A stretch of DNA of 64,000 bases from Acidimicrobiia bacterium (GCA_041577335.1 JBFGJH010000004.1:22549-86548), one strand, 5' to 3'. Shown: positions 36,736 through 47,140, counted from the first letter of the stretch. A program made the numbers and translations. The notes: generated by a model from the sequence alone, not told the origin.

Positions 36736-39042
36736 TCACAGCCGGTGCAGCACCGCCTCGAAGTTACGAACGTACCAGGGCGAGCCCGGCCGATAGCGCT
36801 CAGAAACCTCGAGGTTCAAGGCAGCACTATGCCACCACAACGCGATGATGGCGGTGACACCAGCCGCCCATTGCAGGTCGTGGGCAGCTTCAAGCAGCTG
36901 CCGTTCCCGCTCGTCCCATCGCTCGTCGGCTTCGATGAGCTCGAGCACGACCTGCCCCGTTTCGCGACCTTCTAATGCCACCCTTGTCGTCACGAGAAGA
37001 GATACGAGGTCGAAGTCCACGGGTCCGGCGACGTCGGATGCATCCCAGTCGATGACACCGACCAAATGGCCGTCAGCTTCGTCGACGAGGAGATTTCCGA
37101 GCCAGAAGTCGCCGTGGATCATGGCGCTCGGAACGGGTGTCAGTTGCTGTCCGAGCCGGTCAGCCATCGCTCGAGCAGCGTCGATCGTGGCATCGGCTGC
37201 TCCTCCGGCTCGCAGCTGATCGAGGATGATGGCGGTCCTCCGATTCAGCCAATCGACTGGGCTGACGCCTGGATCGACGGTGCGACGGGTCAGCGTCGCC
37301 GCCCAGTCCGCTGCTTCGCCAATCGTGGTTTCGAGAACCCCGGGCTTGGCGAGGAGCCGGGTCGCCGGAAGCCCACCGAGATGGCGTTCCATCACGAAGA
37401 CTCGACCGTCCAGGTATCCATGTCCGAGTACGGGCGGGATCGTTGATCGAAGGGGGTCCAGCCGGCCATTCTCGCTCGCCCGTTCCAGAGCGGTCGTCGA
37501 ACGCTGGATAGACGTTTCTCCTTTGCCAGAGCGCCCCGTCTTGATGATCGCGCCGGGCCGACCGCCAGGATCACCCACGGTCACTGCCCGCACATCCGTG
37601 AGGCTCGACAGGCTCCGCAGCGGAACCCAGGAAGGGTGGCCAAGTGTGTCGGCGAGGCTGTCGAGCACGGCTCGCGCGTAGGCGCGATCCGATCGGTGGC
37701 CACGCAGCTGCATGGCTCGATCGCGCAGTGCACCGAGCGACTCGATGAAGCGAGGACTCAGGTTGGCCAGCAGCAGCGACCGCAAGCCCGTAACGAGAAG
37801 TACTGCCGCCACCACCGACTGGCCGACGAGCCAGGCAACACCAACGCCGGTGATCCCCATCGTGCCGAGGAGGAACCACGACAGGCCGAGCACTACCACC
37901 GCCAGGACCGACATGAGCACCACGAGCCGCTTCATGCGACGTTCGGCGCGGAGCAACGCCGTGTAGATGGTTGTCACCACCGTCGGAAGCGACGCAATGG
38001 CGAGTAGTCGAAGGAGTGACGCGCCCTCAGTCGAGTACTCCTGCCCGAACAGGCGCAAGACCAACGGCGCGGCGATCACCAACACGGCGACCGCCGGGAT
38101 CATGAGGAGCGTTGTCTGGCGCAGCGTCCGGTACGTGAGAACGGCGGCGGCGCTGGGATCGGCAGTCGTTTCGGTGAGCATTGACATACCGAAGTTGCGC
38201 CCTATGAGGTACAGGACGTACGCAACGCTCCACGCCAGGTAGAAATAGGCCGTCTCCGCCGCACTCGTTCGTTCCAGCACGATTACCGGAAGCAGGCTGA
38301 CAGTGCCAGTCCATACCAGGGAAGCTGCATAGTCACCGGCCACGAAGGCCCGCAGGATGCGGCCGGTCACATGCTCAGGATCGTCGCGCGTGGCACGTAC
38401 GTGTTTGGGAACGAGCCGTAGAAACATCAGCGCATTCACCACGACCACGACCGGCACCACCGGGACCGTCCACGCCACGAAGACACCCGAATCTGTCAGG
38501 GCATCAGCGACGAAAATCAGCACAGCTATCTTGGCGATCGCGAAGATGAGGTTCTCCACAGTTACCCAGTGAGCAGCCCGCAGGCCGGTGAGGGCGCCAT
38601 CCTGCAGCACGAAGATTGTCCAGGCCCCTACCGCAACCGGGAACCAGACGATCATCCCGGCGGACTCGCGTACGAAGCCAAGGGTTGGCGCCCAGATATC
38701 CACGCCGGCGACAAACAGTGCGCCCGCTGCCAAACCCGCTGATCCGGCAACCAGGTACGACCCAACGATGATCCGCGGCGTGGCATGACCGCCGCGCGGC
38801 ACGAAACGGTTCAGACCATTGAAGAGATTGAACGACGACAGATTGGCAAGGAACACCATCGTCGCGATCGCCGCGGATCCGACACCGATTTCGGCAGGCT
38901 CGAATAGCGCAGTCGCCAGAGTCCAAAATGCGAGGCCGAGCACCGACGACAGAACAGAGCTGGCTGCCAGAAAGTACCCGTTGCGATAGAGCGGATCGGA
39001 CCAGTGCCCCGCCAGCTTGGTCCGCCAGGTCACGCCGGCCAT
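36736..39042 (-). CDS. Fusion: MOP-superfamily polysaccharide flippase/exporter (Wzx-like, ~12-14 TM) plus C-terminal aminoglycoside-phosphotransferase-like (APH/ChoK) kinase domain
   Basis: The N-terminal ~430 aa are hydrophobic with Wzx-like topology. C-terminal MIHGDFWLGNLLVDEADGHLVGVIDWDASDVAGPVDFDL matches Brenner's motif HGDxxxxN plus the DWD activation loop. ATG at 39042 avoids overlap with the GH16 gene; the ORF extends to 39153. Confidence 0.75.
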   Translation of the reverse strand: MAGVTWRTKLAGHWSDPLYRNGYFLAASSVLSSVLGLAFWTLATALFEPAEIGVGSAAIATMVFLANLSSFNLFNGLNRFVPRGGHATPRIIVGSYLVAGSAGLAAGALFVAGVDIWAPTLGFVRESAGMIVWFPVAVGAWTIFVLQDGALTGLRAAHWVTVENLIFAIAKIAVLIFVADALTDSGVFVAWTVPVVPVVVVVNALMFLRLVPKHVRATRDDPEHVTGRILRAFVAGDYAASLVWTGTVSLLPVIVLERTSAAETAYFYLAWSVAYVLYLIGRNFGMSMLTETTADPSAAAVLTYRTLRQTTLLMIPAVAVLVIAAPLVLRLFGQEYSTEGASLLRLLAIASLPTVVTTIYTALLRAERRMKRLVVLMSVLAVVVLGLSWFLLGTMGITGVGVAWLVGQSVVAAVLLVTGLRSLLLANLSPRFIESLGALRDRAMQLRGHRSDRAYARAVLDSLADTLGHPSWVPLRSLSSLTDVRAVTVGDPGGRPGAIIKTGRSGKGETSIQRSTTALERASENGRLDPLRSTIPPVLGHGYLDGRVFVMERHLGGLPATRLLAKPGVLETTIGEAADWAATLTRRTVDPGVSPVDWLNRRTAIILDQLRAGGAADATIDAARAMADRLGQQLTPVPSAMIHGDFWLGNLLVDEADGHLVGVIDWDASDVAGPVDFDLVSLLVTTRVALEGRETGQVVLELIEADERWDERERQLLEAAHDLQWAAGVTAIIALWWHSAALNLEVSERYRPGSPWYVRNFEAVLHRL

Positions 39043-39058
39043 GGGTGGGGTCGGGCGG

Positions 39059-39955
39059 TCAGCCACTCGGCGTTGCTTCCTGCCACACCCTGATGTAATC
39101 GACCGCGAACTCGGCGGGGAAGTCGGTGCCATCGGTAGGCCCCGCATATTCACCGCCGACCGCCAGATTGGCGATCAGGTACATGGGCTCTGCGGGTAGG
39201 TGATCGGCCTCGTGAAAGCTCCACACTTGGCGACCATCGACGAACCAGATCACTGCGTCCTCAGACCATTCGACGGCGAAGGTGTGCCATCCGTCGGCGA
39301 AGTTAGGGCCCGGCCAGCGATTGCCCTCGCTGCGGCTCTCTCCGGTCTCGTTGCGCCAATGAATGTGCGATCGGAATAGATGGGGATCCTGGCCCAGGAA
39401 TTCGAGGATGTCGATCTCCGGCTTGGAGTCGTGAGTTATCGGTAGCAGCCAGAACGCCGGCCAGAGCCCGGCACCGGCCGGGATGCGTGCGCGCATCTCC
39501 ACGTAGCCGAATTGGAATGCATAGCCAGGATCAGGTTCCTTGTCGTTCGTCGGGCGACCACTGCTGACCATCCCGCTGACGTACGGGAAGACTGCGTCGT
39601 CGAACCCCACGACGGGGCCGTGATCAGCAGTCAGGTGGAGGACCCCTTCGCTGACGGTGACTTGTTCGGGGACGTACCATTGCTGCTCATTGGTGGACAG
39701 GTTCGTGCACCCGTTGTCATCCCACCAGAAACAGGTTGCCCACACTTCTCGGTCGAGAATCTCTCCATCGAATTCGTCGCTGAACCGTAGGTCCCAGCGC
39801 AGCGCGTCTTGGCCCAAAGGCACAACGGGCTTCTCGCCACGGCGCAGCTCAAACGTCGGCCAGCCGAAGTTCTTCTCTGGGTATCTCAGTGGGAGCAACG
39901 CCAGCCCGAGCAGGAACAAGGCGGTGAGGGTGACCGCCACCGCCAACCTATGCAT
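39059..39955 (-). CDS. Secreted glycoside hydrolase family 16 (beta-glucanase/laminarinase-like)
   Basis: Signal peptide MHRLAVAVTLTALFLLGLALLP. GH16 catalytic motif EIDILEF (ExDxxE) and GLWPAFWLL. ATG at 39955. Confidence 0.8.
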   Translation of the reverse strand: MHRLAVAVTLTALFLLGLALLPLRYPEKNFGWPTFELRRGEKPVVPLGQDALRWDLRFSDEFDGEILDREVWATCFWWDDNGCTNLSTNEQQWYVPEQVTVSEGVLHLTADHGPVVGFDDAVFPYVSGMVSSGRPTNDKEPDPGYAFQFGYVEMRARIPAGAGLWPAFWLLPITHDSKPEIDILEFLGQDPHLFRSHIHWRNETGESRSEGNRWPGPNFADGWHTFAVEWSEDAVIWFVDGRQVWSFHEADHLPAEPMYLIANLAVGGEYAGPTDGTDFPAEFAVDYIRVWQEATPSG

Positions 39956-40970
39956 CACGGAACCCAATGAGCTTCTTCACGGCGGTCCGGGCAGCCGTGT
40001 CGACGCGCGTCACCGGCAGTCGCTCGAGTCGGTACTCGGCGTAGGGAATCGAGTGGGCGCCGAGGCGCTCTTTGAATTCGGCCAATCCTCGAGACGACCC
40101 GCTCTCTCCCATGTGGTAGGCAGCACACCCGGCGCGACAGGCGTCCTCGATCGCCCGTACCTGCAGCAGATACGATGCCTCCGTGCGACCCGACAACTCC
40201 TCGTCGACGACGCCCCGCGTGTAGTGGGCGTTGGCGCCCTGGGTCACGATGATGGCTGCCGCAGGTCGACCGTCGACCGACGCTATCCACAGTCGAAACG
40301 CTTCACCGAGTGCCTCGGCCATCCTCTGGAACTTGGCGAGCGGATCCCGCCTCCGTCCTCGCCACAGGGCCATGGCTCTGGGCTCGTTCTGCCGCCGTGC
40401 CCACCGCTCCAGAGACTGCTGGAACAGGGCGTAGAACACTTCGAGACCCTCGCCGTTCGTCGATCGACTCACCTCGACGCCGAGCCGGTCTGCTCGGTTG
40501 GCTCGCTTGCGAGCTCCTCGACTCATTCGATCGTTCCAGACCTCCTCGAACCCACCTCGGAGATCGATGACATGTGCACGGCGCTCGATCTCGAGTGCGA
40601 GATCGGCGGCTGCCTTCCAGGCGTCGGCATTCAGCGGGTTGGGACGCACCGAGAAGGCCAGGTTCCCGGCGCGCGAAACATCGCGAAGGACCGATTGCAC
40701 CAGCCCTCGGGTGAGGGGCTCGGAGCTGATCAGACCCCCCATGCCCCACGCCGGTGGCATCGACCACACACGGGTCATCGGACCCCTCGCCACCCCGACG
40801 GCCGGCAGAACAGCCGTTGTTCCAGAGGGAAATACATAAGCCCGGCTGGCATCGAAATACCGTCCCATCGCCGTGATGGCATCCACCCAGGCAGGGCTTT
40901 GGGACTCCAGATGGGCACGGTCGGCCGCCAGCACTTCTTGCCAGATTCCTCGCGGAGCGGGCGTGATCAC
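39948..40970 (-). CDS. FemAB-like / GNAT-fold acyltransferase (Acetyltransf_6 family; peptidyl or glycan N-acyl/aminoacyl transferase)
   Basis: The proposed start is GTG at 40970..40968, forming GTGA with the deacetylase stop. The C-terminal region AIIVTQGANAHYTRGVVDEE...YLLQVRAIEDACRAGCAAYHMGESGSSRGLAEFKERLGA is a typical FemAB/BioF2-like GNAT core. Confidence 0.6.
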   Translation of the reverse strand: MITPAPRGIWQEVLAADRAHLESQSPAWVDAITAMGRYFDASRAYVFPSGTTAVLPAVGVARGPMTRVWSMPPAWGMGGLISSEPLTRGLVQSVLRDVSRAGNLAFSVRPNPLNADAWKAAADLALEIERRAHVIDLRGGFEEVWNDRMSRGARKRANRADRLGVEVSRSTNGEGLEVFYALFQQSLERWARRQNEPRAMALWRGRRRDPLAKFQRMAEALGEAFRLWIASVDGRPAAAIIVTQGANAHYTRGVVDEELSGRTEASYLLQVRAIEDACRAGCAAYHMGESGSSRGLAEFKERLGAHSIPYAEYRLERLPVTRVDTAARTAVKKLIGFRDA

Positions 40971-41791
40971 CTCCACGATGAGCCTCCAGCCAGGCTCGCC
41001 GACATCTTCCGGTGCGCCGGCCTCTGGAGCGAACGCCCGAGTCGCCAGAGGTTCTCCTGGGCTCGACGGCCCCATTTGGGTCGCAGACCTCGGCCGCCGA
41101 TGGTGGCGATGAGGTCCTCGGCGCTGTAGTCGCCCTCCACGATCACACGCGGGATCTCGAGGCCCTCCGATAGGCCATCGCTCAGCGAATGATGGACCGA
41201 CACCGCCGATTCGAAGCCCGCTTCAACAACCGCACTGCGCACGGACCGATTGGAATAGCCATGGGGATAGGCGAAGCTGCGCACTGCTTGGCCGCTCGCC
41301 TCGCGGAGAACCGTACGTGGTGCCTGCACCTCGGATCCCAGTTGGCCCGGACGGAGCAAGTCGAGCATGGCGTGGCTGTGGCTGTGCGCACCGACTTCCA
41401 CGCCGCGATCGGCAAGCTGGGAGAGGTCATTCAGATCCAACATCGGAATTGTCCCTGCAGCACTGGACGCAAGCCAGCGGCTGGTTGAGCCGAGGTAGCC
41501 GGTAGTTATGTACAGCGTGACCGGGAATCCGCGCTTCTCGAGGGCTGGGAGGGCGTTGGCACCGAAGTCGGCAAAGCCGTCGTCGACCGTGATGATCACA
41601 GCCCGTGGTGGGAGCTTCCCGTGGGAGCGAACTCGATCGACAGCATCCGAGATCGTCAGGCCCTGGTAGCCCGCCGATACCAGCGCATCCAGGTGTGAGG
41701 CAAACACAGCCGGTGCAACGGTCCAACGCCGAAAACTCTCCGGCCCGCTGGACGCAACGCTGTGATACATCAGAACCGGCACGGCAACCAT
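40967..41791 (-). CDS. Polysaccharide deacetylase (CE4 / NodB family)
   Basis: PVLMYHSV and VIITVDDGFADF (NodB TFDDG-like). ATG at 41791. Confidence 0.8.
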   Translation of the reverse strand: MVAVPVLMYHSVASSGPESFRRWTVAPAVFASHLDALVSAGYQGLTISDAVDRVRSHGKLPPRAVIITVDDGFADFGANALPALEKRGFPVTLYITTGYLGSTSRWLASSAAGTIPMLDLNDLSQLADRGVEVGAHSHSHAMLDLLRPGQLGSEVQAPRTVLREASGQAVRSFAYPHGYSNRSVRSAVVEAGFESAVSVHHSLSDGLSEGLEIPRVIVEGDYSAEDLIATIGGRGLRPKWGRRAQENLWRLGRSLQRPAHRKMSASLAGGSSWR

Positions 41792-41802
41792 TCCCACAAC
41801 GG

Positions 41803-43041
41803 TCAACTCTCGGAGTCGCGATGGAGTGCTCGGCGTCCGCGAAGATAGGCGACCGGCCCAGCAACGAGACCGGCTAGCCGCGGTCCCATCGGCACGCCCA
41901 CGCGCGATTCCATGCCCGCCCCGTTGATCTGCGCCAGATGGCGAAGACCCGCCGGGATGCCCATGATCATCCTTGGCAGCAGCTCCGGGTGATCCACGGC
42001 GCATCGAGTCAGATAGGCACCAAGGCCGGTGCCGTATTGTCGTACCTGTCGCCGGAACCGATCCTTGTCCGGATCGTGATGGTGCCGCACCAATGCTGCC
42101 GGCTCATAGATCAGCGCGTGCCCTGCCAAGATCACGTCGAAGAACGCAGCCAGGTCGTCCCCACCCCGACCAGGACTTCCAGTCCCGAGGGCCCCATCGA
42201 AGCCACCGACGGCCCGCAGCGCTTGGGTTCGGAACGCCATATTGGCTCCTGATCCACATGCCCCGACCGCGTAGGGAAACAAGCCCGACTTCGGCCGGTT
42301 CTCAGCCAGGTCAAAGACCCGGCGCTCAAAGGCCTTGCCCAACCCGAGATGTTCGACGAGATACTGTGCTTCATGGTCGAGGCTGGCGGGATATATGAGG
42401 CCAGTGACGCACGCTGCATTGGGAAACTCAGCGAATGTTCGGGCTATGGCAGATAGCCAACCGACGTCCGGCACCACGTCGTCGTCGGTGAAGGCGACGA
42501 TGGGCGCTTCAACATATGGCAGCGCAGCATTGTGAGCGTTGGCCAGTCCCGGCGTGGTCTCGTGAACATATCGAACGGAACGACCCTTCACCGACGCCGA
42601 CTCCACCGTGCTGCGAGCAGATGGAGAGGCTGGATCGTTGTCGACAACGATCACCTCGAAATCACTGTGATCCTGGCGATCGAGCGCTGCCAGGCACGCC
42701 CCGAGTTGCTCGAGCCGGTCTCTCGTGGCGATGACCACTACGGCCGGCATCGGATCACCCTCGATTGCGGGGGCGGCCGATCTTGGCCCACCAGGTACTC
42801 GGTTTCGCACCTGGTCCACTGCGTCCTCTACCTGATCCCCGCTCAGCCCTTCCGGGGGCAGGTCCAGCGCAACCTGACCGAGCGGGCCCCGATCGTCGAA
42901 CACCAGTATCTGGACCCTCCCATACTGGCGACCGTCCGGGGTGCTGGCGGGTGTCACGGGCACTGCCGGCTTCGAGATGGCTCGATCCACGAGCAACACG
43001 GGGCGGTATTCGCCGCTGTCGTTCTCCTGCTTGCTGCTCAT
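41803..43041 (-). CDS. Glycosyltransferase family 2
   Basis: VVVIATRDRLEQLGACLAALDRQDHSDFEVIVVDNDP and FTDDDVVPD (DxD). ATG at 43041 after a GGAG-containing leader. First gene of the envelope polysaccharide operon. Confidence 0.8.
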   Translation of the reverse strand: MSSKQENDSGEYRPVLLVDRAISKPAVPVTPASTPDGRQYGRVQILVFDDRGPLGQVALDLPPEGLSGDQVEDAVDQVRNRVPGGPRSAAPAIEGDPMPAVVVIATRDRLEQLGACLAALDRQDHSDFEVIVVDNDPASPSARSTVESASVKGRSVRYVHETTPGLANAHNAALPYVEAPIVAFTDDDVVPDVGWLSAIARTFAEFPNAACVTGLIYPASLDHEAQYLVEHLGLGKAFERRVFDLAENRPKSGLFPYAVGACGSGANMAFRTQALRAVGGFDGALGTGSPGRGGDDLAAFFDVILAGHALIYEPAALVRHHHDPDKDRFRRQVRQYGTGLGAYLTRCAVDHPELLPRMIMGIPAGLRHLAQINGAGMESRVGVPMGPRLAGLVAGPVAYLRGRRALHRDSES

Positions 43042-43251
43042 GCGATGGCGAATCCAGATTGCTGTGAACGGGCAATCCGAAAACCATGTTGGATTGACCG
43101 CGTGACGATGCGCCCCCGAGCATCCATTATCCCACCCTGTCTCCCTGTCAGATGGCAGCAGATTGGCTACCGATGCGCCTCCACTGCACATCTTCGTCGC
43201 CCAGTCGGGCGATCGTCAACTGCTCGACGGCGGGAAGATTCGGCGCGGGAC

Positions 43252-43689
43252 CTACTCGCCGATGTCCTCGCTCCACAATTCAGGGTGGGTCGCCATGAAG
43301 TCGACCATCAAATCGACGCAGTCGATCCGATCTAAGACCTCGAGGTGGACGCCGCGTTCCGCGAGGTAGGCCTCGGGGCCTCGGAATGAGCGGTTCTCGC
43401 CCACGAAGACGGTAGGAATCCCGTAGAGGAGAATCGCGCCCGAGCACATGTCGCATGGGGAGAGAGTCGTGTAGAGCTGCGACCTGCGGTAGGCCTCACC
43501 CGACAGCCGTCCGGCGTTTTGCAGTGCGTCCATCTCGGCGTGAAGGATGACGCTTCCTTGCTGAACTCGCCGGTTGTGGCCGCGACCGATCAGTTCGCCG
43601 TCGAGCACGAGAACCGAGCCTATGGGGATGCCGCCCTCGGACAGCCCAAGTCGAGCTTCCTCGACAGCCACGTCCATCGGATCGAACAT
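43252..43689 (-). CDS. Nucleoside deaminase (cytidine/deoxycytidylate deaminase family; TadA/guanine-deaminase-like)
   Basis: Zinc-binding HAEMDALQNAG (H-A-E) and SPCDMCSGA (PCxxC). Confidence 0.8.
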   Translation of the reverse strand: MFDPMDVAVEEARLGLSEGGIPIGSVLVLDGELIGRGHNRRVQQGSVILHAEMDALQNAGRLSGEAYRRSQLYTTLSPCDMCSGAILLYGIPTVFVGENRSFRGPEAYLAERGVHLEVLDRIDCVDLMVDFMATHPELWSEDIGE

Positions 43690-43832
43690 GCGGGCCGCTC
43701 CTCGTCTCGCGGGCTGCTGTCGTCAGTGCCAACCTACTCCCCTTTGGTCGGCCTCGGGTGGTGAGAGCACAGTCCTTGATGCCAGCGTTGATTTGAACCC
43801 AAACCGGCAGATTCCGGGCGCAAGAGTCGCAG

Positions 43833-45401
43833 CTAGCCCGCCAAAAGCATGTCGGCACCTTTTTCGGCGATCATGATCGTGGGAGCGTTGGTGTTCCCCC
43901 GGACAACGGATCTCATCACCGAGGCATCTGCTACTCGGAGGCCCTCGGTGCCGAACACGCGGAGCTGCGGATCAACCACAGCATCATCGGGGCCGGCACC
44001 CATTCGAGCTGTGCATGACGGGTGGTAGAGCAACTCGGCGCGATCCCGCAAGAACTGGACGACTTCTTCTTCGCTTTCGGCCGTCGATGCACCGGGGATC
44101 TGCTCTTTCCCCCAGTAGGTCGCCAATGCATCTTGGCTGACGATCTCTCTGGCCATGCGGAAGCCGGCAACGAGAGACGCCACGTCGTCCGGGTGTTCGA
44201 GCGCTCTCGTTTCGATGTCGGGATGGGTCGTCGGGTCGGCATTGCGAAGCTTGATCGACCCGCGGCTCTTCGGCGCGACCAAGGTAGGCCCAAACGACAT
44301 CCCATCTCCTTCGATCGTCTCGAAGCCGTGCCGGATGAAGACGCCAGGAGCAAAATGAAACTGGATGTCGGGTGCGGCAAGATCGTCTCGTGTCTTCACG
44401 AACAGCCCGGCCTCGCCGACATTCGACGAGAGCATCCCCTTCTTCCTCGACAGATACTCGACCAGCTTGGCCGGCTCCTCGGCGTGGGCAAGCGAAACTG
44501 GTTGTGTCACAGAATGGATCTGCAGGATGACGGGGTGATCCTGCAGATGGCGGCCCACATTGGCGTTGTCGACTCGAACGTCGATGCCTTTCTGGCGCAG
44601 GTGCTCGCCATCACCGACGCCCGACAGCATCAGCAGCTGCGGCGTGTTCACAGCCCCACCCGCCAAGACGACCTCGGATGCGAGCGCCTTTTCGATGTTG
44701 CGTCCAATGGAGTACTCCACGCCGATGGCAGTGGTCCCGTCGAACAACACTCGGTGGACGAGGGCATCCGTGAGCACGGTCAAATTCTCCCGTCCCATCG
44801 CCGGTTGGAGGAACGCCTTCCACGTCGACCATCGTGCGGCCTTCTTCTGCGTGACCTGATACAGGCCGGCCCCTTCCTGATTCGCGCCGTTGAAGTCGGG
44901 GTTGCGACGGATGCCCGCTTGCACGGCAGCCTCAACGAAAGCCAGAGAAAGCTCGTTGGGGCTGGTCAGATCGGCGACGTTGAGCGGTCCGTCTGCGCCG
45001 TGATAGTCGTCGCTACCGCGCTCGTTGGCTTCGGACTTTTTGAAATATGGAAGCACATCGTCGTACGCCCAGCCGGAGGCTCCCTCGGCCGCCCACCCGT
45101 CGTAGTCGGCTCGGTGGCCCCTGATGTAGATCATGGCGTTCATGGACGATGAACCACCCAACATCTTCCCTCGGGGGATATAGAGCTGACGATTGCTACA
45201 GCATCCCTCCGGCATGGTGAAGTAGTTCCAATCCCGTTTGGTTTGGAACAACTTCGAAAACGCCACCGGCGTGTCGACATTGAGATGCTTGGCCGATCCA
45301 CCGGCCTCGAGGACGAGGACTTTTACGGACGGGTCGAGGCTGAGACGGTTGGCGAGAACGGATCCTGCGGATCCCGCCCCCACGATGATGAAGTCGTACA
45401 T
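43833..45401 (-). CDS. GMC family oxidoreductase (choline-dehydrogenase-like flavoprotein)
   Basis: MYDFIIVGAGSAGSVLANRLSLDPSVKVLVLEAGG is the N-terminal FAD-binding signature. ATG at 45401. Confidence 0.85.
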   Translation of the reverse strand: MYDFIIVGAGSAGSVLANRLSLDPSVKVLVLEAGGSAKHLNVDTPVAFSKLFQTKRDWNYFTMPEGCCSNRQLYIPRGKMLGGSSSMNAMIYIRGHRADYDGWAAEGASGWAYDDVLPYFKKSEANERGSDDYHGADGPLNVADLTSPNELSLAFVEAAVQAGIRRNPDFNGANQEGAGLYQVTQKKAARWSTWKAFLQPAMGRENLTVLTDALVHRVLFDGTTAIGVEYSIGRNIEKALASEVVLAGGAVNTPQLLMLSGVGDGEHLRQKGIDVRVDNANVGRHLQDHPVILQIHSVTQPVSLAHAEEPAKLVEYLSRKKGMLSSNVGEAGLFVKTRDDLAAPDIQFHFAPGVFIRHGFETIEGDGMSFGPTLVAPKSRGSIKLRNADPTTHPDIETRALEHPDDVASLVAGFRMAREIVSQDALATYWGKEQIPGASTAESEEEVVQFLRDRAELLYHPSCTARMGAGPDDAVVDPQLRVFGTEGLRVADASVMRSVVRGNTNAPTIMIAEKGADMLLAG

Positions 45402-45457
45402 ACGACGAGCATACGTCGCTGTAGTGGGCCCAGGTCGGCCTCTGACCCAAGTCGTTG

Positions 45458-47017
45458 TCAGGCTTCGACGACGACCGAGATCGTATGCCAGCCAGTCGCC
45501 CCATCGGGCCGGGGTGGCGCCAGTGCGTCTGTCTGGGTTTCTCCAGTGCCGTCGGTGGCCCGGACGGCAACGAGGTGACGGCCCTCGGTTGCCTGCCACG
45601 CAAGGCTCCATTGCCGCCATGAGTCGTCCGAAATGGACTCGGCGAGATCGGCTTCCATCCACGGGCCGTCATCGATGGATACTTCGACTTTGCTGATCCC
45701 GCGATTGGGAGCCCAAGCCACTCCGGCAATCGTTTCCATACCGGCTTGAATCCGCCGGTTGTGCAAAGGCCGGTCGATCCGCGACTGGGTCTTGATCGGG
45801 CCTTGCTTGGACCAACCGCGCGGCACCCAATACGCATCGAAGGCGTCCCAGGTGGTCAACTCGATTTCCGAGAGCCATTTTGTCGCCGATACGTAGCCAT
45901 ACAGCCCGGCGACGACCAGTCGCGCCGGGTATCCGTGGTCGACCGGGAGCGGCTCGCCGTTCATGCCCACTGCTATGAGCGCTTCCCGCCCATCAAATGC
46001 CACCTCGGTGGGGAAGCCAACCGTGAAATCATCGACGGAGCGCCCAACGATCTGGGTGGCACCTTCCTGGACCCGGGCCAGGTCGAGCACGTGGCTGAGA
46101 GGAACTCCCGTCCACTTTGCATTGCCGACCAATCCGCCACCGACCCGGTTCGACACGCAGGAGAGGGTCACATAGCGCTCGACCATGGGCAGCTCGAGCA
46201 GCTGGTCGTACGTCATCTCGAAGGGACGATCCACCATTCCGGAAATCTTGAGGGACCAGTTGTCGGGGTTGACGAGCGGCGAGGTCACCGCAGTGTCGAT
46301 CTTGTAGAACTCATCGTTGGGTGTGATCAGGTCCACTGCTCCGACCACTTGGGCGCCTGGGGGCGCAGCCGTTACCCGCTCAGCGGCGTCCACGACGGGC
46401 AGAACGGAAGCATCCCTCCGCACGGCGGTTGCCATGCGAGCGATCGCCCACCGTCCTGTGATCGCTGACGCCAATGCCAGCGCCGTCACTGCCCCGGCGG
46501 ACCGGAGGAACGTGCGACGAGCGGCGTCGGGCTCTCGATCCTTGGTCCCGGTGAGAAAGAACAAGGCCATCGACAGAAGGCCGACAACCACGGCTACCAA
46601 CGAAGCAACCGCAGCAGAGCTGAGGTCGGCGAGTGGATCCTGTGATGCAGCCACAAACGCGACGGCACCGAAGGCGATGAAAGCCGCCACGGCGACAAGG
46701 AAAGTCTTGCGGGTGGCCAATCCCACGATCGCACCGATGAGCAGCGCCACCGCAACGATCGAAACGATCAACGCCACCTTGTCGTAGGTGCCGAACAAGT
46801 CGATGGCCCACTTCGCCATCGAGGATGGGACGGTATCGATGACCCACGCTCCGAGAGCGCCGATCAGCGATTGGTCGCCACCGGAAAGGCCGGTCGCCAG
46901 TTCGGAGACGCCGAGTGCCACGGCAACCGACACGATCCCGAACAGTGCTGCCAGCCACCCACTGATACGACGGGGTGCCGATTCCTCAGTGCCTGTGATC
47001 ACGACATCCTCTTCCAT
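45458..47017 (-). CDS. Membrane-anchored molybdopterin-dependent oxidoreductase (sulfite-oxidase family with dimerisation domain)
   Basis: N-terminal TM helices, then YVTLSCVSNRVGGGLVGNAKWTGVPLSHVL (Mo-domain Cys motif) and a C-terminal Ig-like dimerisation region. ATG at 47017. Confidence 0.75.
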   Translation of the reverse strand: MEEDVVITGTEESAPRRISGWLAALFGIVSVAVALGVSELATGLSGGDQSLIGALGAWVIDTVPSSMAKWAIDLFGTYDKVALIVSIVAVALLIGAIVGLATRKTFLVAVAAFIAFGAVAFVAASQDPLADLSSAAVASLVAVVVGLLSMALFFLTGTKDREPDAARRTFLRSAGAVTALALASAITGRWAIARMATAVRRDASVLPVVDAAERVTAAPPGAQVVGAVDLITPNDEFYKIDTAVTSPLVNPDNWSLKISGMVDRPFEMTYDQLLELPMVERYVTLSCVSNRVGGGLVGNAKWTGVPLSHVLDLARVQEGATQIVGRSVDDFTVGFPTEVAFDGREALIAVGMNGEPLPVDHGYPARLVVAGLYGYVSATKWLSEIELTTWDAFDAYWVPRGWSKQGPIKTQSRIDRPLHNRRIQAGMETIAGVAWAPNRGISKVEVSIDDGPWMEADLAESISDDSWRQWSLAWQATEGRHLVAVRATDGTGETQTDALAPPRPDGATGWHTISVVVEA

Positions 47018-47140
47018 ATGCACAAGATTCGGAGACACTCCCTCGGAAATCAAGTTCAACGCAAGGAGTTTCGGAACTGTTCATGTATCTGGAACGCGTT
47101 CCGCAGGGGCTTGTGAGGGTCTCGAATTGGGTTACACGGT

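Noticed and set aside
44022-45152. 376-aa plus-strand ORF
   Set aside because: Antisense shadow of the GMC oxidoreductase gene.
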